From assembly GCA_964478995.1 (NCBI GenBank), contig CAYZJY010000003.1, positions 1 through 47,538 of the forward strand: a stretch of DNA of 47,538 nucleotides, given 5' to 3'. This document shows positions 1-9,225 of the stretch, piece after piece; position 1 is the first letter of the stretch; each line of letters starts with the position of its first letter. The stretch is from an uncultured bacterium. GTDB lineage: Bacteria; Fidelibacterota; Marinisomatia; Marinisomatales; UBA1611. The notes beneath the pieces are model-generated. The model was not told the DNA's origin. It did not search any database and saw nothing but the letters and a program-made list of their open reading frames with translations. The translations under genes and the position numbers were made by a program.

Positions 1-119
1 AGCATGCCAAGAGCAGCCAATGAATTTCCATTTCGTGCGGTCTTTGGGTGGCTGAGTTTCTTGATCCCAAGAATAAATAGAACAGATGCCAGAACGTAGG
101 AAATATTTGAATAATCCAT
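1..119 (-). CDS. pntB: NAD(P) transhydrogenase subunit beta, N-terminal fragment (gene continues past the left edge)
   Basis: The minus-strand ATG at 117-119 opens a frame reading MDYSNISYVLASVLFILGIKKLSHPKTARNGNSLAALGML to the window edge. This aligns by eye with the E. coli PntB N-terminus (..[29 protein letters not shown].., from memory). It lies 7 nt downstream of pntAB, as in split pnt operons. It is absent from the ORF track because it is truncated. Confidence 0.8.
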   Translation of the reverse strand, partial: MDYSNISYVLASVLFILGIKKLSHPKTARNGNSLAALGM

Positions 120-126
120 GATAAGC

Positions 127-396
127 CTACTTCCGTTTGAACATCTTTAACATTCTATCCGTAACCAAAAAACCACCTACGACATTGATCGTGGCAAAGA
201 CCACGGCAATGACCCCAAGATACGTACCAACTCCGCCATCGATCTTTGTTGATATGATGGCACCTACGATCGCGATGCCTGATATGGCATTGGATCCACT
301 CATGAGCGGAGTGTGGAGTGTGGGAGGAACTTTTGTAATGATCTCAAAACCCACAAAGATCGCGAGTATGAATACGGTAAGTATATTGATGTCCAT
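127..396 (-). CDS. pntAB: NAD(P) transhydrogenase subunit alpha part 2 (small membrane subunit)
   Basis: This is an 89-aa protein made almost entirely of hydrophobic helices. It contains HTPLMSGSNAISGI, typical of the alpha-subunit membrane part. It has a 2-nt gap to pntAA upstream and a 7-nt gap to pntB downstream. Confidence 0.85.
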   Translation of the reverse strand: MDINILTVFILAIFVGFEIITKVPPTLHTPLMSGSNAISGIAIVGAIISTKIDGGVGTYLGVIAVVFATINVVGGFLVTDRMLKMFKRK

Positions 397-398
397 GG

Positions 399-1532
399 CT
401 ATATTTTTATTGCTTCCAGTGTTTGTTCATTGGTTATCTCTCCATGATGAGAGTACATTGCTCCAGAGATTATTTCGTCTTCAAGATCTAGGTTCAATTC
501 TCCATCTTTGATCATGTATGTGATGAAGGACGTTATGTTCTTGGCATATAATTCACTTGCATGGACAGGCATCAATCCTGGTATGTTTGATGTTCCATCA
601 ATTGTAATGCCATTATGATCGACTATCTGATCCTTTTGAGTTAATTCGCAGTTCCCACCGTTTTCCGATGCGAGATCCATGATGATCGATCCTGGTTTCA
701 TGGACTGGACCATTGTTCTAGGGATCAACAAGGGCGCTGGTTTCCCAGGTATCAGTGCTGTTGTGATCACCACATCTGCCTTACTGATGTGTTCATGGAT
801 CAGGTCTTGCTGGCGTTGCTTGTAATCTTCAGATGTTTCTTTTGCGTACCCTCCTTCACCAACTCCTTCATCCTCATGGGACTCGACCTCAATGAATTTT
901 GCCCCCAATGATTCAACTTGCTCCTTCACCACTGGGCGAACGTCAAATGCTTCGACCTGTGCGCCTAGTCGTTTTGCAGTTGCGATGGCTTGTAGCCCCG
1001 CGACCCCGGCACCCAAAACCAGAACCTTAGCGGGACGAATAGTTCCTGCCGCTGTCATCAGGAGGGGCATGTAGACCCCAAGTCTACTGGCTGCTAGCAG
1101 AACGGCCTTGTATCCTGCAATGTTTGCCTGGGAAGAAAGAGCATCCATCTTTTGTGCCAGAGTTGTCCTGGGTATGAGATGCATTGAAAAACCAGTGACG
1201 GATTGTTCTTTCAGTGCCTTGACGGTATCCATGTCCCTAGTGGTCTGACAGAAGGATACCATAACCGTCTTCGGTCTTAATAAGACGATCTGGTCAAGCG
1301 TTGGAGGTAGGACCTTTAAAACAATGTCTGCCTGTGAAAATAATTTTTCCTTGGAGTCAACGATCTTTGCGCCTGATTCCTCATAGTCCTTGTCTGAAAT
1401 ATGGGATGAGAGACCCGCTTGGGATTCAACATGGACCTCAACTCCAAACTTGATCAGTTCCTTGACCGTTCCTGGCGTTGCTGCCACCCGTGTCTCATTC
1501 TCAAGATTTTCTTTAGGTATGACTACATTCAT
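399..1532 (-). CDS. pntAA: NAD(P) transhydrogenase subunit alpha part 1 (soluble NAD(H)-binding dI domain)
   Basis: This 377-aa protein has an alanine-dehydrogenase/PNT-like layout with the Rossmann motif VLVLGAGVAGLQAIATAKRLGA and an N-terminal ETRVAATP motif. It is the first gene of the pnt operon. Confidence 0.9.
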   Translation of the reverse strand: MNVVIPKENLENETRVAATPGTVKELIKFGVEVHVESQAGLSSHISDKDYEESGAKIVDSKEKLFSQADIVLKVLPPTLDQIVLLRPKTVMVSFCQTTRDMDTVKALKEQSVTGFSMHLIPRTTLAQKMDALSSQANIAGYKAVLLAASRLGVYMPLLMTAAGTIRPAKVLVLGAGVAGLQAIATAKRLGAQVEAFDVRPVVKEQVESLGAKFIEVESHEDEGVGEGGYAKETSEDYKQRQQDLIHEHISKADVVITTALIPGKPAPLLIPRTMVQSMKPGSIIMDLASENGGNCELTQKDQIVDHNGITIDGTSNIPGLMPVHASELYAKNITSFITYMIKDGELNLDLEDEIISGAMYSHHGEITNEQTLEAIKI

Positions 1533-1653
1533 GGACGTTGTTATATTAAATGATCTCGCTTTGAAGGGCTGGAAATTAATACAGGTAATGATGATTTCAT
1601 CACTGAATTCCTTAATAATTGATTATAATTTCCCAACCTTCAAATTATAAAAA

Positions 1654-4335
1654 ATGCAAAATAAACTATATCCTTCAATTGTCTTTCTTTTCTCTTTTAT
1701 CGTGGCTGACATTCACCGTGTACCTGATGATTTCTCATCCATCCAAGATGCGATAGATGCATCAGCCAATGGAGACTCCGTATTGGTGAGTCCTGGCTTC
1801 TATCCTGAGTCGATCGACTTTGATGGTAAATCAATAACGGTTACATCATTATATTTGATTGAAAATGACTCACTTTTGATCGGGGCAACGATCATTGATG
1901 CTCAAGAGGATGGTAGTGTTGCAACATTCTCAAACAATGAGAACTCACAATCCATCTTGCAGGGATTCACGCTCCAAAATGGAACGGGAAATGATGAGGA
2001 CCCCGATGGAAATGGCTCCTATTACACCTATGGTGGTGGAATCTATTGTGAAGGCAGTGAACCCGTGATAAGAGACTGCATCATAAGGGATAATATTGCC
2101 AACGAGGGTGGCGGAGGCGGCATTTTTTGTTATGAGGCTTCGCCCATGTTCATTGGTTGTACGATCAGCAGTAATCAGACCGATGATGTAGGTGGTGGTC
2201 TATACGCAAGGTCTTCATCAAGTCCAGAATTCCATGATTGCGTGTTCCATGATAATGTTGCTGAGTTTGGTGGTGGATGCTATTTGCGAAATGAATCCTC
2301 GCCTGTGATGCAAAATGTTACCTTTGTTGAAAATACTGCTAATAATTCAGGCGGTGGCATAACCCTAAAAGATGATGCGGATCTTATTGCAGATAGCCTT
2401 CATGTCATTAACAATGAGGCGGAGGGATTGGGTGGTGGTCTCTATGTTAATAACGCCGATCCTCAATTGTCCTTTTCCTTGATATCAGATAATCTTTCAA
2501 GTTCTGGTGCTGGTGCTTATGTAAGAAATACATCCAATGTAGAATTCACAAATGTGACCATTGCCAATAATTCTGCAGGTCTCTATGGAAATGGCATTTA
2601 CATGAGAGATGATGTTGAGGTTACGCTTCTGAATACTGTTGTCTGGAGCAATGGGTCGCCTCAGATCTATTTTCGTTCTGAGGGAACTGATGTAGACTTG
2701 AACGTTGACTTCTCTATCGTGGAAGGTGGAGAGGGTGGCATAGATATTAATGATAATGGTGAACTCGACTGGGGGAATGGAAATCTTGATCAGGAACCGT
2801 ATTTCTGTAATAGTTCCGATGGGAACTATTTTGTTAGAGAGAATTCACCATGTTTGGATGGTGGTGCAGGAGGGGCATTGATCGGTTGCTTCGATGCAGG
2901 CTGTGGCCCTGTGAACATTGGACCTGTGTGGTATGTTGATCAAGATGGCAATAATGCAAATGACGGCAGTGTTGATGCACCTTTTGAGACAATTGCAAGG
3001 GCAATGACCTCTGCGGTAGATGGAGACACCATTCGTTTAAAGCGAGGGGTGTATTTTGAGCAATTCGATTTTGATGACAAAGAGATCGTTCTGGAGTCTA
3101 GGACCTTTGAATTGGAGGACGAACAAGTAATATCTGATACATATTTTACAGGTGGTCCAATTGGAGGGACGTGTCTCACACTCAGTGGTCCATCTAATAA
3201 TAGTGGTACCATAAGAGGTATTTCATTCAAGGGTGGCTCTGATCCATTTGGTGGTGGCCTGGTCATCATGAATTGTTCTCCAACATTGGCCAACCTCATC
3301 GTTGAGGGAAATTCCGCTGATATTGGAGGTGGAATCTATTTGTCTGGGTCTGATGCAGTATTGAAAAATGTAAATATAAGAGATAATGGGGCCAACATTG
3401 GTGGAGGGATGTATGTGACAAATGGGTCACCATTGATCGATGGTGTCCTTATCGAAAATAACATAGCATACTGGGGTGGTGGCATCTATTTTGAGAATGC
3501 TGAACCGACCTTGCAATTTAGCGTCATCAAGAACAACGATGCATTCATCGAGGGGGCAGGCCTTTATCAAAGTGGCGGGCTAGGAGTGATCGAGTGGACC
3601 GCATTTGAACGAAACAACGGTTATGACTATGGTGGTGGGATCGTTGCCCATCAGGCATCCATCGAATTTGATCAGGTAACATTTGCAGGAAACATGTCAG
3701 GCGTTGGATCAGCGATGGCATTGTATAGTTCTGTTGTAAACTTTGATAATTCAATATTATGGGGTAACGACGGTCCACTTCTATATTCACCTGAGTCCAG
3801 TGGCATAACATATGTAGAGGTCAACTATACGGACATTGAGGGTGGACAAGAACTTTTTTCAGAATTTTCAAACATTACTTTTACAACTGAGGGTGGAATT
3901 TTGGACCAAGATCCAGAATTTTGCTCGCCACAAAACTTTTCATATGGTCTCGAAGAGTCATCTGCATGCCGAACTGCATCTGATTCTTCAGGGGTCATTG
4001 GGGCGTATGATGTGTCTTGTGATCAGCTAGACAATGAGGATGAAATAATAGTTGTGGATGGGTTTGAGTTAGGAGAGAATTATCCTAACCCGTTCAACCC
4101 GAGCACACAGATCGAATTTGTTTTGGAAGATCACGGTCTCTACACCCTCGAGATCTTTGATGTTAGAGGCAATGTCATCAGGGTCCTACAAACAGGGGCA
4201 GGCATCCCAGGAAAATACAAGGTGACATGGGACTCCAAAGATAAAGTTGGTAATAAAGTACCTAGTGGCATCTATTTCTACCGATTGTCAACACCTACGA
4301 AGATCCAAACCAATCGAATGATATTATTGAAATAG
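1654..4335 (+). CDS. secreted right-handed parallel beta-helix repeat protein (two beta-helix blocks, Pmp-like GGG[IL]Y / FxxN repeats) with T9SS C-terminal sorting domain
   Basis: The N-terminus is hydrophobic. Motifs of the type GGGIY, GGGLY, GGGCY and GGGIT recur many times, each followed by N-rich turns. This happens in two blocks, about aa 100-340 and aa 500-700. The C-terminus is NYPNPFNPSTQIEF...SGIYFYRL...ILLK. Confidence 0.7.
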   Translation: MQNKLYPSIVFLFSFIVADIHRVPDDFSSIQDAIDASANGDSVLVSPGFYPESIDFDGKSITVTSLYLIENDSLLIGATIIDAQEDGSVATFSNNENSQSILQGFTLQNGTGNDEDPDGNGSYYTYGGGIYCEGSEPVIRDCIIRDNIANEGGGGGIFCYEASPMFIGCTISSNQTDDVGGGLYARSSSSPEFHDCVFHDNVAEFGGGCYLRNESSPVMQNVTFVENTANNSGGGITLKDDADLIADSLHVINNEAEGLGGGLYVNNADPQLSFSLISDNLSSSGAGAYVRNTSNVEFTNVTIANNSAGLYGNGIYMRDDVEVTLLNTVVWSNGSPQIYFRSEGTDVDLNVDFSIVEGGEGGIDINDNGELDWGNGNLDQEPYFCNSSDGNYFVRENSPCLDGGAGGALIGCFDAGCGPVNIGPVWYVDQDGNNANDGSVDAPFETIARAMTSAVDGDTIRLKRGVYFEQFDFDDKEIVLESRTFELEDEQVISDTYFTGGPIGGTCLTLSGPSNNSGTIRGISFKGGSDPFGGGLVIMNCSPTLANLIVEGNSADIGGGIYLSGSDAVLKNVNIRDNGANIGGGMYVTNGSPLIDGVLIENNIAYWGGGIYFENAEPTLQFSVIKNNDAFIEGAGLYQSGGLGVIEWTAFERNNGYDYGGGIVAHQASIEFDQVTFAGNMSGVGSAMALYSSVVNFDNSILWGNDGPLLYSPESSGITYVEVNYTDIEGGQELFSEFSNITFTTEGGILDQDPEFCSPQNFSYGLEESSACRTASDSSGVIGAYDVSCDQLDNEDEIIVVDGFELGENYPNPFNPSTQIEFVLEDHGLYTLEIFDVRGNVIRVLQTGAGIPGKYKVTWDSKDKVGNKVPSGIYFYRLSTPTKIQTNRMILLK
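4078..4332 (+). other. T9SS C-terminal sorting domain (PNPFNP subtype) of the beta-helix protein
   Basis: The tail reads NYPNPFNPSTQIEFVLED..LEIFDVRGNVIRVL..YKVTWDSKDKVGNKVPSGIYFYRL..ILLK. The same about 85-aa architecture recurs at the C-termini of six other proteins in this window. Confidence 0.75.
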
Positions 4336-4416
4336 TGATGTAACGCACTGCTTCAATAACTACCTACCCATGGTTAACCTCATCGGTGTATATTCCAACC
4401 ATGAAATGGCTTTGTC

Positions 4417-5160
4417 GTGATAGTTAAAAAACCCATGGGGAGATCACTTTTCTTCATCATGTACATGGTGTCCATGTTGAATGGACAGGCTCTTGTACAT
4501 TTCCTTGGGCATTGGACCGGTGTTGAAGAACTAGATTCGCCATCAATGACCTATGACAATAGAAACATATCTATTGTGATAGATGAGGGCGGAGATAGAG
4601 AAGGCTTTTATGTTTACACATCCTCTTGTGAATTTCTATATAATGAGGATCTGGATTGGGCATATCATTATTTTGGATTTGACAAGGATAGTGATCAGAT
4701 CATCTTCCTCAGGAGGTTCATCACCCCCTTGGGAGTCCTAGGCTATGAGGAATTGATCTATGACCTTACTGAGTGGTCCACGGAGTATTTTGTTGCGGAA
4801 TATCTCTCCAATGATGGCTCGACCTTCCACCAAATAAGGATGGACATTGAACAATTGAAGAACACTGAGCCCTTACCGTTGAGGATGGAACTTAGCCAAA
4901 ATTTCCCAAATCCCTTTAACCCTGCTACTAATATCTATGTATCTGTTGATCTAGAGTCAGAGGGCAGTTTGGTTATCTATGACGTAAATGGTCAACTCGT
5001 CCGAAGATTACATGAAGGTCGATTTGCTCAAGGCATTGAAAGATTCAACTGGGATGGGTTGAATGGTGAGGGAAGGTCTGTCAGTGCAGGTATCTATCTT
5101 TGTCGTTTATTGATCAATGGGAAATTCATTCGATCTCAAAAAATGACCTTGGTCAAATAA
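4417..5160 (+). CDS. small secreted protein of unknown function with T9SS C-terminal sorting domain
   Basis: The 247-aa ORF starts at a GTG at 4417, with an alternative ATG at 4435. It has a short hydrophobic N-terminus and the C-terminal tail NFPNPFNPATNIYV..VIYDVNGQLVRRL..FNWDGLNGEGRSVSAGIYLCRL. I recognise nothing in the N-terminal 160 aa. Confidence 0.6.
   Translation: MIVKKPMGRSLFFIMYMVSMLNGQALVHFLGHWTGVEELDSPSMTYDNRNISIVIDEGGDREGFYVYTSSCEFLYNEDLDWAYHYFGFDKDSDQIIFLRRFITPLGVLGYEELIYDLTEWSTEYFVAEYLSNDGSTFHQIRMDIEQLKNTEPLPLRMELSQNFPNPFNPATNIYVSVDLESEGSLVIYDVNGQLVRRLHEGRFAQGIERFNWDGLNGEGRSVSAGIYLCRLLINGKFIRSQKMTLVK
4900..5157 (+). other. T9SS C-terminal sorting domain (PNPFNP subtype)
   Basis: NFPNPFNPATNIYVSVDLESEGSLVIYDVNGQLVRRL...AGIYLCRLLINGKFIRSQKMTLVK. 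Confidence 0.75.
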
Positions 5161-5200
5161 GCATTCTCTTTTAACCTAGATTATTAATTAATTTTCACGC

Positions 5201-8200
5201 ATGACCATCGCAAGAAATCTAATATCTTTTTGCGTTTTCATGTCCATCATTCAAGCGACGTGGTTCAATGACATCCCTCGCACCATTCATCAGCCTGATG
5301 GAGAGTTGATCGATTGTTTCATAACAGGTGATCAATACGCCAGAAGATTACACGACGTAAATGATTTTACCATTATCCAGGATGTCGAGGATGGATACTA
5401 TTACTATGCGATGCAAGGTGGTGATGGTGGTCTGATACCATCATCAGTTCTTGTAGGTGAGGGCAATCCTCAGGATGCAGGTCTGGAGCCAGGATACTCG
5501 ATAAGCATGGAACTCTACAACCGAAAAAAAACATTCTATCATCCAGATGGTTCTCAGGGTGGCCTCAGAGACGCACCAACCTCAGGTGAGATAGCACAGA
5601 TCAATGTATTCATCCGTTTTGCTGACGACCCTGATTTCCCTTTTGATCGTTCGTATTATGACGAGGTCTTCCAGACTGATGAGGATGAACCATCTCTAAG
5701 ACATTATTTCTGGGAGGTATCATACAATGCGCTCATGGTCAATACCTTTCACTATCCAGGAACCTTTGATGGTTCCAATACATCTTATGTTGATGAATAT
5801 AACCGAAGTTATTATGAACCATATTCTGGAGCAAATCCAGATGGTTACCAGAGTGACACCGAACGTGCTCAGAGAGAGCACACTCTATTGGCAAATGCGG
5901 TAAACTCTATTTCATCAACAGTTTCTCCCTTCATAGATGTCGATGCAGACGATGATGGATTTGTTGATGCAGTTTCTTTCGTGATCTATGGTACACCTGG
6001 AGATTGGGCCGATCTTCTTTGGCCTCATCGTTGGGCATTGTATGGCCAAGAGGCATACATCAATGGGGCCCAGGTATATGACTACCTGTTCATGCTATCT
6101 GAGTCCTGGTATTTCAATGTTGGAGTACTCTGTCATGAGTTTGGACATGTCTTAGGCGCACCAGACTATTACCACTATAGTGGAGGAGGTGCTCCGACAC
6201 CAGTAGGCGGATGGGATGTAATGGCATCCAATGGGAACCCACCACAATTCCCAAGCGCATTCACAAAGTGGAAATACTTTGATTGGTTGGAACTTACAGA
6301 GATCACTGAAAGTGGTACTTATAGTCTTAGGCCTCTGCAAGAACAGGAGAATGTGATCTATAAAGTGGCGTCTCCCAATAGTGAGACCGAATATTTCATT
6401 CTTGAATATCGTAAACAAGAGGGGATGTATGATGTAAATGCTCCAGGCTCAAGGTCTGGTCTGGTCGCATACCGGATCAATCCTGATGCAGGAAATGGAA
6501 ATGCACAAGGTCCACCGGATGAATTATATGTCTATAGGCCTGGAGGTGATCTCAACAATAGTGGAAATTTCGATGGAGCACCGTACAATGCAATGTTTGA
6601 CCATACCACGTTGAATGATGATACTGACCCTTCATCTTTTTTATATAATGGTGGCGATGGAGGCGATGGAGGATTGAATCTATTCAACGTAAGTGAAGCA
6701 ATGGACTCGATCTCATTTACGATATCGTTTGGAGTTCCTGAGCTCTTGGTAGAGCCAACTTCACTGGATTATGAACTAGAGTCTGGAGAATACGGTGTCC
6801 AGACGATCGTTATTTCGAACATTGGTGAGCCTGAGACGGTTCTGAACTATGAGGTAGTGGTGTCCAATGCCGATTCATACTTGAATCCTCAGGGTGGCCC
6901 AGATGGAGGAAATTATTATTGGACCACCTCTGATGAGGAGCCTAGCATGGACGTTGATTGGGTCGATATTGATGGTATTTCATCTCAGTTGACCTTTCCT
7001 GGAAACGATGAGTTTGCAACAGAGTCGATCTCACTCCCCTTTGATTTTTCATTCTTTGGAGAGACCTACAACTATCTCAATGTCAATGCAAATGGTTGGG
7101 TTGGTTGGAATTCTGCGAATGAGACAGCGTGGGAGAATGGTGACATTCCCTCAGTTACAATGCCTAGACCCGCAATATTTGGTTTTTTTGATGATCTAAA
7201 CCCAAACAATGAAAATGGAAATTCATCTGCGTCTGGAGATGTTTACTACCATGCCAATGAACAGAGGGTAGTGGTCTGGTTCAATGACGTTGCGCGCTGG
7301 GAAGGAAGTGTAGGAACTGGGACATATGATTTTCAGGTCATACTGCAGAGCGATGGGACCTTCAGATGTAACTATGGCCAGATGTCAGGAGTCACAGATC
7401 AGGCCACCATAGGATGGCAAAATGATTTGGGAACTGACGGAAGTCAAATTACCACTGCTGGGGAGGCCTTTGCGTCCAGTTTTCTCACATGGGAGGCCAA
7501 GATCTATTCATCAGAGATAGTGCCATGGCTTTCACTATCATCAGACGATGGTAATTTGGAAGGGGCATTAGTGGGCCAGGAGTCGGATAACATATACGTT
7601 CAGGCTCTAGCAGTGGGACTTGATGAAGGGGATTACTTGGCTTCTGTCAACATAACCTCGAGTGAGACCATTCCTGTTGCAGTGCAGGTCAACATGACAG
7701 TAAATGGTGGTGACCCGACCCCAACACTCCCACAGATCGACATCTCAGGTTCTGAGACAGGGATCGTCCCTCTTCCTGATGGTGTAGACCCAATGTTTTC
7801 GGCAGTTGCAAGCCGATATACCCATGTGGTTACTCCTAATGAAGATCTGATACCGATCTTGATACAAGATGATTTTGAAACGGAGCAGATCCTCCATGCT
7901 AGGCGTGTTCTAGAATCATATTTAGTTGATGTGCCTGATAGTGAATGGGGAAGCAATAAGTCATCGATCGCCAATGCCATCGGAGCAACGAATGCGATCC
8001 TATTCTTACTAGATGATGAGGATGAGTATGAGAATCCTGATCTATGGGCCCTTATGGATGCAGGAGTAAATGGGCAGGATCTTCTTGCGACGGAGGTATT
8101 TCCTGAAGGCAGTAGTGCCTACATGGGTAGCTCAGATAGAGATGCTACCTATGAGGAGGTATTGCACTTTGTTCATGGATACGGCATTCAACTTGCAGCA

Positions 8201-9181
8201 CCAGGCATGCAGAATGCCATTGAGGCAGCAATGGATGCTGCGATAGAGAATGAATACTATCATCCATTGTTCGATCTTCCAGTTGAGCACTATGATGAGG
8301 AGTATCTTGCCATGGGGCTCGAGTGCTATTTTGGACTATGGGCACACGATCCATCAGGTAATGGATACTGCGGCGACCAGGAGTATGCATTCATCGATAG
8401 GGAATCCATGTCAGAGGGGGATCCTAACTTATTCAACATCATCCAAGGATTCATGGGTGATACATGGAACTACGTTGCAAGACTTCCCTTGCAGTTTAGT
8501 GGTGAATTCCATCTTCTTCGCCAACCCTCTCTTGACTACACGCATCGATCTCAATATCTCAGAGATGTTGAAGTAAGTGGGGATGGTAATGTTGTGGTCT
8601 TTGGCAACGAACATGTGAACATGGTCATTGGAAACACAGGTGATAACATCTTTCAAGGCAATGAAGGTGATGATATCTTTCATGGAGGCGAGGGACATGA
8701 TAGGGCTTTGTTCACTGGAGCAAGAGATAACTATGTCGTGGTACCGCCATATGCTACAGATGATTCTTCGTATCAAGTGCTCGATATTCAACCTGACCGA
8801 GATGGGACCGATCATCTTTTTGATATTGAGGAGTTAGAGTTTGATGGCGTCTTGTTCCAGATCAGTGAGATCCTAGGCATGGAAGATGCGAAGTCCATAC
8901 CCGATCATTATGCATTACATTCTCCATATCCAAATCCTTTCAACCCTAAAACTATGATAGCATATGACATGCCAAAAGATGGTAAAATAGAACTTGTCAT
9001 ATTTGACATCAACGGTCGTCTTGTAAAGATGCTTGAATCCTCGAACATTAGGGCAGGCCACCATGAGATCGAATGGGACGCTAAGGATAGTAATGGTAAT
9101 GGTGTTTCTGCTGGTGTCTATCTCATAAGATTTACCAGTGAAACTTTTTACGATACAAAAAAGGTTCTGCTCCTCAAATAA
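5201..9181 (+). CDS. multidomain M6-family (immune inhibitor A-like) zinc metalloprotease with T9SS C-terminal sorting domain
   Basis: This 1326-aa protein has a signal-like N-terminus. The motif HEFGHVLGAPDYY is a zinc-binding HExxH followed by the PD.Y signature typical of M6/InhA. After it come an Ig-like spacer, the module shared with both C25 proteins (about 6905-7455), an unassigned block of about 280 aa, a hemolysin-type calcium-binding stretch (GNTGDNIFQGNEGDDIFHGGEGHD), and the CTD PYPNPFNPKTMIAYD..GVYLIRF. Confidence 0.75.
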   Translation: MTIARNLISFCVFMSIIQATWFNDIPRTIHQPDGELIDCFITGDQYARRLHDVNDFTIIQDVEDGYYYYAMQGGDGGLIPSSVLVGEGNPQDAGLEPGYSISMELYNRKKTFYHPDGSQGGLRDAPTSGEIAQINVFIRFADDPDFPFDRSYYDEVFQTDEDEPSLRHYFWEVSYNALMVNTFHYPGTFDGSNTSYVDEYNRSYYEPYSGANPDGYQSDTERAQREHTLLANAVNSISSTVSPFIDVDADDDGFVDAVSFVIYGTPGDWADLLWPHRWALYGQEAYINGAQVYDYLFMLSESWYFNVGVLCHEFGHVLGAPDYYHYSGGGAPTPVGGWDVMASNGNPPQFPSAFTKWKYFDWLELTEITESGTYSLRPLQEQENVIYKVASPNSETEYFILEYRKQEGMYDVNAPGSRSGLVAYRINPDAGNGNAQGPPDELYVYRPGGDLNNSGNFDGAPYNAMFDHTTLNDDTDPSSFLYNGGDGGDGGLNLFNVSEAMDSISFTISFGVPELLVEPTSLDYELESGEYGVQTIVISNIGEPETVLNYEVVVSNADSYLNPQGGPDGGNYYWTTSDEEPSMDVDWVDIDGISSQLTFPGNDEFATESISLPFDFSFFGETYNYLNVNANGWVGWNSANETAWENGDIPSVTMPRPAIFGFFDDLNPNNENGNSSASGDVYYHANEQRVVVWFNDVARWEGSVGTGTYDFQVILQSDGTFRCNYGQMSGVTDQATIGWQNDLGTDGSQITTAGEAFASSFLTWEAKIYSSEIVPWLSLSSDDGNLEGALVGQESDNIYVQALAVGLDEGDYLASVNITSSETIPVAVQVNMTVNGGDPTPTLPQIDISGSETGIVPLPDGVDPMFSAVASRYTHVVTPNEDLIPILIQDDFETEQILHARRVLESYLVDVPDSEWGSNKSSIANAIGATNAILFLLDDEDEYENPDLWALMDAGVNGQDLLATEVFPEGSSAYMGSSDRDATYEEVLHFVHGYGIQLAAPGMQNAIEAAMDAAIENEYYHPLFDLPVEHYDEEYLAMGLECYFGLWAHDPSGNGYCGDQEYAFIDRESMSEGDPNLFNIIQGFMGDTWNYVARLPLQFSGEFHLLRQPSLDYTHRSQYLRDVEVSGDGNVVVFGNEHVNMVIGNTGDNIFQGNEGDDIFHGGEGHDRALFTGARDNYVVVPPYATDDSSYQVLDIQPDRDGTDHLFDIEELEFDGVLFQISEILGMEDAKSIPDHYALHSPYPNPFNPKTMIAYDMPKDGKIELVIFDINGRLVKMLESSNIRAGHHEIEWDAKDSNGNGVSAGVYLIRFTSETFYDTKKVLLLK
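6905..7455 (+). other. shared ~185-210-aa module, copy 1 (in the M6 protease)
   Basis: The sequence GGNYYWTTSDEE..DWVDIDG..ISLPFDFSFFGETYNYLNVNANGWVGW..FFDDL..YDFQVIL..ATIGWQNDLGTDG aligns by eye along its whole length with the copies at 26956-27580 and 41021-41638. Confidence 0.7.
8927..9178 (+). other. T9SS C-terminal sorting domain (PNPFNP subtype)
   Basis: YPNPFNPKTMIAYDMPKDGKIELVIFDINGRLVKML..IEWDAKDSNGNGVSAGVYLIRF..VLLLK. Confidence 0.75.
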
Positions 9182-9190
9182 AATGAGGAA

Positions 9191-9225
9191 AGTGTGAGTA
9201 ACATCACACTCTTTTACGTTTTTTT
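9191..9225 (+). terminator. Rho-independent terminator downstream of the M6 protease gene
   Basis: The perfect 7-bp stem agtgtga / tcacact (9191-9197 and 9204-9210) has a 6-nt loop. It is followed by cttttacgttttttt, 10 nt after the stop codon. It lies in the longest plus-strand intergenic gap of the array (9182-9312). Confidence 0.6.

Noticed and set aside
137-511. 124-aa plus-strand ORF antisense to pntAB/pntAA, and similar antisense ORFs in the track (892-1074, 1390-1650).
   Set aside because: They lie entirely inside well-supported minus-strand pnt genes, have no recognisable motifs and have odd composition. They are typical shadow ORFs.
4369-4403. Hairpin catggtt-N21-aaccatg between the beta-helix gene and the small CTD protein gene, as a possible terminator.
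   Set aside because: The loop is long, the stem is weak and no T tract follows. It also overlaps the possible upstream start region of the next gene. This is not convincing.
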